Source: Atractiella rhizophila
Taxonomy: Eukaryota
Direction: 5' to 3'
NCBI GenBank assembly: GCA_021432655.1
Contig: MU271682.1
Span: forward strand, 1-32,416
Length of the DNA stretch: 32,416 nucleotides
The notes under the pieces were generated by a model. It saw nothing but the letters and a program-made list of their open reading frames with translations, was not told the DNA's origin and made no database searches. Made by a program: the position numbers and the translations under genes. Positions 1 to 11,300 of this stretch are shown one piece after another. Numbering within the stretch: the stretch's first letter is position 1; each line of letters opens with the position of its first letter.

Positions 1-104
1 CTGATGCTCAGATGCGGTATATTTCATCCTGTACAAAGTCCACGCAATCAAATACTGGACATGCCTCTGTTCGAAGCTTGCTCTCCAGGACTCTGTTCAA
101 ATCT

Positions 105-931
105 CTACATTGGAATATTCCTCAACTCCTCCAAGGTCCAATACTTCTTTATATTATCCCATCTCAGACTCTGAACTTCCTCGTCCAAATCTATCCCAAT
201 CCAATGTCAGCGAGGGTGAACCAAGCGGCGCAGATATACATACGTTTGAAAAGCACCTGCTCAAAGCTCTCCATTAACGCCTTTAATTCGGCCGGATCCA
301 ACTTGGACGGGTCCTTGCGACATTTGTCCAGATACGCTTCGTAACGGTCCAGACCGTCGTGAATTGCTCTATGGGACTGCGGGTGCTCGTCTATCGTTTC
401 GTTCAACATAGCGGGGGGTTATGATAGAAAGAGACGGACCACGGAACTCGGGCATTCGTTCAGCAAGAACGGGGAATACATATTCCCTTGGAATCACAAC
501 TTAGTGATGGACTGGCGGAGGCTGACAACTCACTCTTCAATGTTGTGATGTAGCCCTAGGTATTGGTGTAACTGGTCGGCATACGAAATGAACTCCCTAG
601 TGTTATAGTCTTCTTCCTCATAATTGTCAGCTAACTGAACAAAGTGAGCCTCATGTCAGTTCGAGCTTCAGAACTGAGCGCAACAAAGCAATCTTCGAGA
701 ACGGGTTATGGTTACCTTGTAGATAGACCGAAATAAATGCCTGAAGTGATTGTGGAAACCTTCCATCCTGTCTGCAAGCCTATTCGCTTGACGAAGTTGG
801 AAAGCAGTCAGCTTGGGTTCGTCCTTGTTGGTGGACTCCTTGGGAATGGGAATGTCGGATTTGGTCGATGATGATGGGGCATCACTACACCCGTCGAGAC
901 CTTTGGTCGTAGTGGAGGTAGATGTCGACAT
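105..931 (-). CDS. Hemerythrin/HHE cation-binding domain protein (5 exons: 931-716, 634-534, 486-440, 390-244, 190-105)
   Basis: Splicing at GT-AG sites gives MSTSTS...LADRMEGFHNHFRHLF...LHQYLGLHHNIEEEYVFPVLAERMPEF..DEHPQSHRAIHDGLDRY...FEQVLFKHLDEEVQSLRWDNIKKYWTLEELRNIPM*. The H / HHxxEE / H / HLxEE ligand pattern is that of hemerythrin-like proteins. Confidence 0.88.
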
Positions 932-1805
932 CTTTCGCGGAGTGCTTGAAGTATATGAAGAGATGTAGGAACCTTTAGGTGCAAAATTCGCCACGAAAGG
1001 ACAAGGTTTTAGACGGAAAGAGGTATGCCCTCGGGTTGTTGTTTGAAGTGCTCGAGCTCGACAAATTCGCGGGAAGAGCGCCAGATTTCTACGTTGTACA
1101 AAATCCTAAATTGAGAAAGGTGCGAGAGCGAGAAATTGAGGTGGTCGAAGCAAAAATGGGAGATACGCAAAGACAGAGCCCGTGTTACAGCATCAAATTG
1201 GGGCGGCCCGCTCCGCCACCCGCTCTTCCCGAACTTGTACATGATGACGATGACGGGCTTGATCAGTGTTAAGGGACCGGAATATCAACGAACCATTGTA
1301 ATCATTTACCTCCATTCCAATCTTGATTCCAATCCTATTCTCAGCTGTAGGGCCCCAGGAGGACGGATTTTTCTGTGCAGCTCTCGGATGGTGAGTTAAG
1401 ACCAGATGGTTGGGGGAGGAGCTAACAGTCCGCTTGAACGTCCGGTTACAGCGAGAACAAGGAGAGGGGTGTTATGCGTGTGTGAGGATCCAAGAGGTTG
1501 AGAAATCTTCCAAGAAAGAACAGGCCAGGTCTACTGACAGATTTGCCTTAAATTTTATTCGAGCGATCTTGGTTCAGCTTAAGGGCGGCGTATAATTACT
1601 GGATCGTCACACTTTCATTGAACTATGGCAAATGGACCTCGAAACTGGGATTGGAGAGGAGAATAAGAATGAAACGAGAATTACCCACCGCGCAGAGCTC
1701 CATTTTGAATCGTCGTCAGTGTACGAATAATAACCATCACCACAAATAACCTCTACAGTAATCAGAATGCAGATGACAATGCTGACCGAGGTGACTCTAC
1801 GTCCC

Positions 1806-2350
1806 TTAGAGGATTGAGTTCTTCTCTTTCCACTTGTTCCAATCAACGCAAATGCTCCCTCTCAACGATACAAGACCCGGTCTTCTTCTCATTGCTTCTT
1901 CTTTCTCTTGAATCTCCTTTATCTTCAAGTTGAGTTGCAAAGAGCATAAACACAACCGAGAGTCCAACCGCCTTATTGAATAGAATAGAAAATACTTACC
2001 TCTTCTTCCTCCTTATTTACAAGTTCACATTCTTCCCCCACTAACACTCGATGTCGTTCAAAATCAACTTTGCCTCCTTCTTTCACGCGTTCTCCTTGGG
2101 TTCTTAACAGGAAAATCGCATCCATTTCTTCCAAGTCTTCGTTAAGAAGGAGCACCTTTCGTCCAATGGCAATCAGCACAGTTCACTTTCATTAGTTCTC
2201 CCAAGAGCGAGAGACGACACGAACCTTTCCATTCCCTTCCTGCACGACAACAAAGCCGTCAGCCCACGTCGGGTTCTTCCTCAACAATTGGTCGGTGTAC
2301 ATGCACGTGTAACTCTTCTTTCCATCCATCCCTGCCTGCAGCCCCGCCAT
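1806..2350 (-). CDS. Small stand-alone DUF2439 (Mte1/ZGRF1 N-terminal-like) protein, ~132 aa (exons 2350-2225, 2155-2000, 1922-1806)
   Basis: Three phase-0 exons give MAGLQAGMDGKKSYTCMYTDQLLRKNPTWADGFVVVQEGNGK/VLLLNEDLEEMDAIFL...GGKVDFERHRVLVGEE.../IKEIQEKEE...KNSIL*. This fits the recalled DUF2439 pattern YxCLYT..K.K.WxDGF...V.L.DE. Only exon 2 appears in the ORF track in this frame. Confidence 0.72.
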
Positions 2351-2533
2351 TTCTACGCGTCCAAGTCGTCTTCAAACTACAGTCAGGTCGGGAAGGTCGC
2401 GCAAGTCGCGCTGGCGGTCGGATAAACGCGCGCTGTTTTCTCAAGAATTGTGGCGTATTGAAAACCACGAAGCTGATTTCGAGCTGGAACAAAACGCGGC
2501 TGCATCCCATTAATTTGTGGTTAGGGACACATC
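2351..2533. promoter_or_regulatory. Compact bidirectional promoter with MCB-like (ACGCG) elements
   Basis: 183 bp between two divergent start codons; ACGCGT at 2355-2360, ACGCG at 2426-2430 and 2494-2498. Confidence 0.5.
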
Positions 2534-5500
2534 ATGGCTCCATCGTTGGACACAGTCCTGCAAGCCACTCTATTAGATCCTAGCGTAAGTTCCCAGTTAT
2601 TATTGTTACCTCAAACCACTGACGACATTGGCCAAACGGACGGACAGGCGCCTCTCCCCCCGACTTATGCGCCTGCTCTCACAGCGCATCTCGCTCTCTT
2701 CCCCAATGACACGCATTTCGCTATCTCCTTCGAACCTGGGAGTGGTTACGGTACAGTGACATGCTTGGAGAGGGGTTGTGAGATGGATATCCCCCTTGGA
2801 GCAGCCAAAGGGAGAGGAGGGGGAAAGAGGATTGGGTTTGGAGAGTTGAAACATTATCATGTGCGTTCTCTCTTCATGTTAGTTGGTGCTATTGTGGACG
2901 ATGGCGAGTTTCCACACCTGTGTTAATAGACAGAGAGTTGTTCTCACTACTTGGGAGATATGGACGAGATGTTCGATATCAGAGGATACTTTATTCCTAT
3001 TGCCGTTGTGTTCAAAAGGCGATTCAACGATGAATTCCATTGGAAAATGAGACCGAAAGCGTCACACATTTCTCAATCCATAACTTCTCAAGTGAGCCGC
3101 ACACTTCCCGGTTCTTAGGATGACTAAATGCTCGTCTAGAGGAAATAGGGGAGAATACGTTTCGTGTGACATCCTCATTTACTTGTTCTCCCTTTGTTAG
3201 AAATTCGGATTTCGTTCTCATTAAGAGAATAGCGTGTCACTCACGAAATTCACATCATTGGCTCTGTGCCGAAGAAACGCAACGCGTCTCTTGCATTCCT
3301 ACCTATAATGTACTTTACGGTCTATTCAGCAGCTACAAAAGAGTGGACCGCTCCCCTTCCGAATTATTTGCAGGAGTTCGTTTCGAGTAAAGCAAAATCG
3401 AGCAAGCCACATGGTCGTGTTTGTCCCAACTTTCTTGAACATTAGCAATGCGAGCCTCCCTCTGAAATTATTTGATAAAAGGATACTGCGGCTACAGCAG
3501 GAGGCCCAAGATGCCTTTCTTCAGTTTTCTCGACGCATACGCCTCTGCAGTGTTTTCGATATACTTGACATTGCCGTCCTGGTTATTGATTTCTGAATGA
3601 CTGGGAATGTTCGTAACACTTAATATGTCTCTGTTGGTAGAGTTTTGTCCTTCTGAATAATCCCCTGTAAATATTGTGCCGAATGATTAGAACAAGACTG
3701 AGCTCGAGTCGAGGCTGACTATCTCCACAGAATCACATAATGACCCATCCGACACATTCGCGTATGCGAGAAGAGCGCGTCCTTCAGTTAGAGCAGCTGA
3801 CGAAGAAGTCAGTCGAGAAGAAGAAGAAGAAAAAGCGAACTTCAGACGAAGCTGAACTCCCGGTTTTCTCTTCCGTGCAAGGGAATAAAAAGACAAGGAT
3901 TGACAGTATTGATCTCGACAACATGAAAATGACAAGGGAGGTGGGCCGAGTTGAACCTATCGATTTGGAGGCGATGGATATGGAAACTCCTACCAGAGTG
4001 ACAGCATTTAGCAGGGAGAGGGAGGCGAATAGATTGGCTATCCAATGTTTCGAGACCCCTCCACGTGCCACGGCTTCGACGTCTAGTAGAATCCATCCTT
4101 CCACCTCAGCCGTGACGCTTGACGTGTTACCCCCTAATTCGCCGCAGAAGCCGAAATTGGACAAGCTGATTGTTATGTTCAAAGAAGCGGTGGAGAAGGA
4201 GGGGCAGTGTGAGAAAGAGATCTCGGATGGGATCAGATATCTTTCGAACGAGCAAATACGAGCTTTGCAAGCACAGGTGAAGAGCTGGCAGGCGATAAAG
4301 GAGCTGGTTAGGAAACAGATCGGCGATGGAAAGGCCAACCAAATACTCGCTGCCACCACTGGAGCAATGACACCTGCCAGACCCACTTTCAACGCGAACG
4401 CCATTGCCGGACCTTCATCTGTCCCGAATGTGAACAGACACTACCCTTTCACTGCCATCCCATCTGAAGGTAGACGAACGGGAAGAACGTCTCTGCCTTC
4501 TTCCAACACAGCATTCGGTGTGGCCACCCACGCAGCTGTCGCACTCCTCTCTGGACAAGCCTACCTCCCGGACCAGTTCGACCTTGACGATGACGACGAC
4601 TACTCGTATCTTCAGCATCGTGCGAGCGGGGCAGAGAGAAGAGAGGAGCTGGAGAGCCTGATGAAGAAGGCGGCGGAAGGAGACTTCGAGGGAGAGGGCA
4701 TGACGGTAGGAGAGGCAATGCAAAAGTTGGGATTGGACGACGACGCGACCCCATTACCTGGAAGCCAGATCAACTTGATGCCTCATCAGATTTTGGGTGT
4801 GGCATGGATGCTTGATCAAGAGAACAGTAAGAATAAGGGAGGGATTTTAGCGGATGAGATGGGGTTGGGGAAAACCGGTGAGCTTCCCTCCGTCCACAAC
4901 GAGGTTCAATTCTGAAAGGTAGAAAAAAAGTCCAGACCATTGGCCTATTGGTTCAGAATCCCCCGCAAGACTCGAGGCGACGAACTACGCTCATTGTTGC
5001 TCCCCTCTCTCTGCTCGATCAGTGGAAAAATGAAATCATGCAGTACGCTGATGGGCTCGAAGTCCTAATTTATCATTCCTCCGGAACTAAGGTAAAGACC
5101 ACAAAGGAGTTGCAGGAATACGATGTCGTGCTCACTAACTACGAAACGTTTGTACTTTCTAACCTCGACCTTGGGCAAATGCTGAGGAATGTTTGAAAAC
5201 TAGGCTGAGATTTCAATGGCCAGACGATCATCTTGATGAATTAGGCAGATATCATGAACCGAAGGAGAAGAAGAAGAAGAAAAGAAGGAGCGAGTTAGAA
5301 ATGTTTGAAGAGAGCGATGGTGAAAGCGAGGATGTCGAGAAGCGCGAGAGGAAAGGTTCAGCTTCCCCCGTTTGCTCTCTTCGAGTTGCATCTAACCTGA
5401 AAGGAACAGCTGGGATTCTCATAAAGATGAAGTGGTACAGGGTTGTTCTAGGTGCGCCATTGCCTTCTCGATCCGGTATAACCTACTCATTCGCCCATGG

Positions 5501-7974
5501 ACAGATGAAGCTCGTGCGACTTCCTACTCTTTATTTTGACATTCCTTACTCTGCAGCAGACATCATCCGCAATCCAAACTCCCTTACATCTAAGGCGATA
5601 ACTAGAGGCCTCGATGCAAAGTACCGTTGGTGTCTCTCAGGAACGCCGCTGATCAATGGACTCAAAGACGCCTTTCCGCTACTCAAATTCATCAGACTTC
5701 GAGTCTACAGTGACTGGGTCGAGTTCAATCGGCATGTGAGTCCAGAATTTCAATTCAAACACTGAACTAAAGGGTTGTAGGTCATGAAAGGAATGGGATC
5801 AGAACCTGGAAACGCTGGGCAGCGCCTTCAAGTCATCTTCAAGAGCTGTATGTTCAGGAGAAGAAAGACCTCCACGCTGGGAGGGAAGCCAATGTGGCTC
5901 GTTCGTTCCTTTAATTTATATCACTGATGTCTCGTCTCAGCCTCAAATTGCCTCCGAAAGTCATTGAAGATGTTCCTTTGGAGTTCTCCGAAGACGAACG
6001 ACAGGTGCGTAGGCATTGACTACTACGGCGTACTTCTGAGAGAATCACAGATCTACGCGGCTGTTGAAAGGAGGGAGAAGGCGAAGTTCAACAAGTTTTT
6101 GAGGTTAGTTCTGCGTCTATAATGTAACCACAATCCTAATCCTAGTCTAGGGAAGGCACCGTACTCAAAAACTTTGCTCAAGTGCTAGTAATGCTTCTCA
6201 GGTTGCGGCAGATCTGTAATCATCCTTGGTAAGTAAGCCTCACAGCATTATCTATCGCTCAAGGTATCAATATATCTCAGTCTTATTACTGAAGATGTCA
6301 GCACTCATAGTTATCAGTCGGGGAATTATTTAACCTCAAATGCAGATGAATCCGTTCGAACTAAGCGCAGAAGATACGAAGACTGAGGTAGCTCGAGCTT
6401 TGCAAGAATCTGGACACGATTTTGTGATGCGCCTGAAGAGAATGCTGCGGGATAGAGTATCCATTTCTCAGTCAACTTCGAAATTATTGACGTGTAAATG
6501 CAGTTCGAGGAGAAGGTGGAAGCGGAAAAAAAGGGGAAAGACGTTGAGGTCTTCGACGAATGCCCCGTCTGTGCCGACACTTTGGAGAACAGCTACGGTA
6601 TGGCCTATTGCTCCTGAGAAACTGAGCTTACAAACGGAACCACAGCCGTTGCTCCGTGTGCCCACATCTTCTGCTCTCCATGTCTAGAGAAGATATGGAC
6701 CAGCCCGCCACCGATGAACGATCTCAACGACCGCATCGCCCCTCAATATGCCGAAGAAGAGCGAGCTTGTCCCACCTGCAGGTTTGTGACCCATCAAACA
6801 TTGAAGCGTTCTAAACTTTCAGCAGGGGCCCTATTTGCAGGCAGCGGACCTATAATATCGAAGCGTTTGAGCCATCTCGGGATGATATGCTTGGGGCCAA
6901 GCGCCTGAAAACCTTGCTTTTCAATGAGGAAGATTCTGACAGTGATGACGATGGGTCGGTTCGTGTCCCTGCTCTGATTCTGTCCTTACAGGATGCTCAC
7001 TTATAGCCAGCTCAAGGATTTTATTGTTGATGGAAATGAGAGTTCTGACGTTGAATGGCGACCAAAGCTTGAAAATAACGGCAAAGGTGTCGTGAAAAAG
7101 CCCATAATAATTGATGAAATAAAAATGGTAGGTGATTTGCTCCGATTATTTTTCTCCCAATTGAACTTCAACAACAGGAAATCAACGATGAAGCGGAAGT
7201 GGATGGAGCCGTCTTCGTGAAGAAAATGTCATCTCAAGAGGGTAAACCTGTCGTCGAGCTGAAGGGTGATAAGGAGATCATGAAAATGGTTCAGAATTTT
7301 GACAAGATGATCCCGTCCACAAAAATGACTTGGATGTTAAATACAATAAAGTCCTGGCGAGCAACTGATCCAGACGACAAGGTAAGATGGGCTTATTGAC
7401 GGTTTACACTGACTGTTCTTCTACAGGTGGTTGTCATAAGTCAGTGGACGAGCTGTCTTGACATTCTCGCGAATTACTTATCTGAGAACAACATTCGCCA
7501 TGTCAGCTACACAGGAGACATGAAGGCTGACGAGCGAGCGGAAGTTGTGCAAAAATTCCAAAAGGGGAAGATTAAGTATCTGCTCCTCAGCTTAAAATGT
7601 GGTGGTGAGCATGTTTGCTAGCTTGTAATATTTTCTCACCTGTGAGCAGGGGTTGGTCTTAATCTCACCAAAGGGAATCGCATCATCCATTTTGATCTTG
7701 CTTGGTCTGAAGCTGTAGAAGCTCAAGCTTTTGACCGATGTCATAGGATCGGCCAGAGAAAGGCCGTTCGTGTGAACAGAATTACGATTAAACAAACTGT
7801 GGAGGAGAGGATCAAAGAGCTGCAGGAACGCAAAAGGTTGTTGGTCGAATCTTCACTTGGGGAGGGTGGTGGAAAAAGTGCGTCGCTTATTTCGCAGTTA
7901 TCCATGCTCATAAGCTCCTAGAAATTGGTAGACTCTCCGTCCAGGACCTCTGCTTCCTTTTCGGCGTTGCGTGA
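2534..7974 (+). CDS. SNF2-family ATPase/helicase with internal RING finger (Uls1/Ris1/Rrp1-2, Rad5/16-like), multi-exon
   Basis: LMPHQILGVAWM, GGILADEMGLGKT/VQT (Walker A), TLIVAPLSLLDQW, WYRVVL/DEA/HIIRN (Walker B), WCLSGTPLIN, LLRLRQICNHP, RING CPVC..APCAHIFCSPC..CPTCR, HELICc VVISQWTSCLD, LSLKCGG/VGLNL, QAFDRCHRIGQ, ending GRLSVQDLCFLFGVA* (TGA 7972-7974). Exon 1 2534-2860 splices in frame to 3731. Confidence 0.92.
2861..3730 (+). other. Long (870 nt) first intron of SNF2-RING gene
   Basis: GTGCGT donor at 2861; GCTGAC branch point and CCACAG acceptor ending 3730; joins ...KHYH to NHIMTHPTH in frame. Confidence 0.75.
5505..5513 (+). other. 9-nt microexon (ATGAAGCTC) encoding the core of the DEAH Walker B motif
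   Basis: Flanked by cag| and |gtgcga; needed to join RVVL(G) to (AC)IIRN as RVVLDEAHIIRN. Confidence 0.85.
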
Positions 7975-8374
7975 GACGACTGATTGCATCTGTAATTCGC
8001 GTTCCACTTCATTTTGCATGCATGCCTCTGCTCTGACTCCCCTTTCGTTTTGCTTCCAGTTGTTGACTTGGCATCGATTCGTTCGGTTTCCGTTTATCAC
8101 TTATCCCCCCTTGTGTACAAGTTAACCTTGAAATTTATCCCGTCGTTATTAGGATTTGGTATCTCTGAAGTTCGTGAGAGAATGACAGAAAATGGGTTTC
8201 ATGGGATTTCTCCATTTATTACTTTTTATCAAGGCTTGAAACTTAGAATATTGAGCTTTTGGGGGTCTATTAATCTCGACCATATCTACCTCATCTAACC
8301 TATGCCTTCTTTGCTGTATATCACAAATAAGTTATAATGCATGGAAGACGGCTGTGTGGAAGGTGCTGGACGAT

Positions 8375-11300
8375 CTATGGTAACGTTGTGCTCAACCTCG
8401 GGGTTGCAATCGCATCACCATCCTCTGCACCAGGAATTGTGAGAGAGTCTTGCGTCCCTACTTCCGCAAGACCAAGAGTAAGGTGGGAGGGGGATGTAAC
8501 CATGGAGTTCATGGAAAGCTTCTGCCTGACCCCATCTGCTCCTATTTGAAAGTCTCAGGTAACCGAAGAGAGCAGACGAAACTCTAAGACGAACCAACTT
8601 CGTAGTGCAGTCCCTCCAATGGCGTTGTGGATTTCTTCATGAAATGTGACTTTGCGTAATATCTACTTAAAACTTGCATGGCGGGCGAGAGATCGGTGTG
8701 GTTAGTGAGTAATCTTCAGTTAGAGTCAGTGGGTCTAAGTAAGTCTTTTTGCAGCAACACATACCGTCGTGGTTGCGCCTGGATAGTATGCTTGGAATCC
8801 AAGTTGAGGTGTGGGAGGGACGAGTGTGCCCCAGGGCTCAAGCCTAGTCTCACGCTCGTCTCACGGGTCGAACCATTCCATCGATGGAATACTTCAAAAC
8901 TAATTCACCCTCGTTAGCAGCAGCCTTGCCCGCACGTTTATTGATCGCATACCTCAAGTATGAGAGATAGTCTATTGCAGATGTTAGTCGACTTCTCTTC
9001 CTTGCGCAGTGCAACGCTGACGAACCTAACTCAAAAATGCGAGGCATGACAATGTGTAAGTCGGACAGAATGATCAAGTTGACGATAGTATGTCTGTGGC
9101 GGAATCAAGAAGTGGATGTGACCGATATAGGATGACCTACATGTGACTTTCTTTAGCTGTCCTTTCTCATCAATCGCCGTTTACTGAAGAAAACAATCAA
9201 GTAACTGACTGAAGCTGATACCCGGATTAGTTTCGAATCGGTGAAAATAAATTAGCTTACTAAAACGATCCGATAGCTTTTTCACTCTCATCTCCCGCTG
9301 CCTCTTTCAAATCTACTCGTTGTTAGCTTCGTTGGTTAGTGCCATCACGCTTACCTTGGATGATTTTGTCGAGCAAAGGCATAGAAGTGAGCATTCCAAT
9401 GTCCAGCTTCTCGGATTTCTCGATGCCGTACTCTTGCGGTGCAATAAGGTCGAAAAGGACTTTCGCATTTTGATATAGTTCATTGAGTTTTTCTTGGATT
9501 TGCCGCTCTGGTGGCTTCCCATCTTCGGTTGGGGCCGTTTTCTTGGGAGGTGGGTCGCCTTCTGACATAATTGTCTCCAAAAACCTGCCGTGGATTGAGG
9601 TAGCAGGTAGAGCAAATGAGAAGTGCGCACTTCAGGTTGTGGAGTGTGTCAAACTACACGGAGAGTTTGGTGACATGTTCTTTAAGCTAGACAGTACCTA
9701 CCTTCAAAGTATCGCTAGGAGTGATGTCATTCAGCTTTCTCAAGTGGAATAGAGCGAAACACACTATAGTTCAGACACTGCACCGCTACATTAGCGAGAG
9801 CAAAGATGGGAGAGTAAACATGCATACCTCTTGAGGGATCAAATTTATCTAACTCCACGTCACAGAAGTCAACAAAAAGCTTCTCCCATCGTTCACGAAA
9901 CATGATTGGTGCTTCGGAGCAGCACCTTTCCGTATCATTGACATCCGCAGATCTGATGAAAAAGATGCAAAGGGACAACTAACCAACGCGTCTGAATGTT
10001 TTCAACATCAAGTTTCTTCCAATTCTCGTGCATCACCCTACGGTGGTATTTCATGAGCTCAATTGTGTCAAGCACAACCTATAAGACGCTCAGTTGAGGG
10101 TGAAAATAGGGGCCATGCGGACCTCAAATGGCGTCTTCTCCAGGGACCAACCAAATTCAGGACGCTCATAGCCTCCAGGACGAAGAAGAGACTTCAAGTG
10201 TTTTTTTACCTATTTATCGTCAGAATGTTGTTTTTCTTTACGAGATATGAGCCAGACCCGATCCATCTAATTTGTATCAGAAACTAGCGGACACGTGGAG
10301 TGGAATTCGCACAGGTTCTTTAGCTGCGTTTGAGTCGTCCAGCAGGTCTTTGCGAATGATGAGCTTATTTTTCGGCTCATTATCTACTGCGTTGTCTTCC
10401 GCATTGAGTTTCAGGAAGGCGCTACATCTCGATTTAGTGAGGGTTGAGATGTAAGTTCGTCGCATACGATTGAAAAACTTCTGCTGTCGCGGAAACGCGT
10501 CGTCTATCCCTCGGTAAGCGCCCATTAGGTTATCAGAGAGAAATCCTTACTCGGAGCTCGTGTAAACGCGAGTGTTTTCGAAGATCGAGCTAGAACGCGA
10601 TCAGCAGAAGATACACTGAGAAAGAGATATATACTTATTGAGAATCATATAATCCTTACGCATGTTCTCACCTGACAAGAAAATGAGTGGACCATACTGT
10701 TAGATACGAGGAGAGCGAACCCAGATCACGAGATTGGTAAGTTCCAGCGTGAGTAAATTCACCTAAGCTATATCTGAGGCGTAATGGTAAATCAGGTTGA
10801 TGTGACGAACCTCCCCACTTGAAGATAACCTGAATTTTTTGGAAAGTACCTTCGTCATTGAAAGCAGGTTTCAGCTGTGATCATCTTCAGCAAAACTTTC
10901 AATGCTGCTCTAAAAAATAAACACGCCTGTGCCTTCGTTCCCTTCTCATCGATTTTGCGATGAATGATTAGTTTTAGCTGACCTAGCTGTTCCTTATTCG
11001 CGCCTTGCAACTCCATCGCCTCATCACAGGCATCCGCAATACACTCCAATTCCTTCTTTTGCCTCAACAAAATCTCTCCCGTCCTTCCTTGGAGTAGATT
11101 TTGGAACGGTTTCGTTGCTGCGTCCTTTGCGTGAAATGTAAATTTCATCTTACTCTTTGGCGTTCGATCGGCATGTCTGACCACAACGATGACAGCTTTC
11201 AGGTTCCAGCTGCGATCTCGGTCGCGATCTCGAGAAGCTGATCGTTCGCGGACGTGCGTCGTAGAAAGGGAGGGATTGCGGCGAATTAGGGGGAAATGAT

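Noticed and set aside
979..1846. Short ORFs between the hemerythrin and DUF2439 genes
   Set aside because: Mostly non-ATG starts, no recognisable motifs or coherent exon chain; likely promoter/UTR sequence.
3024..3596. Small ORFs and antisense splice-like sites in SNF2 intron 1 as a nested gene
   Set aside because: Attempted splicing on either strand gave no coherent or recognisable protein.
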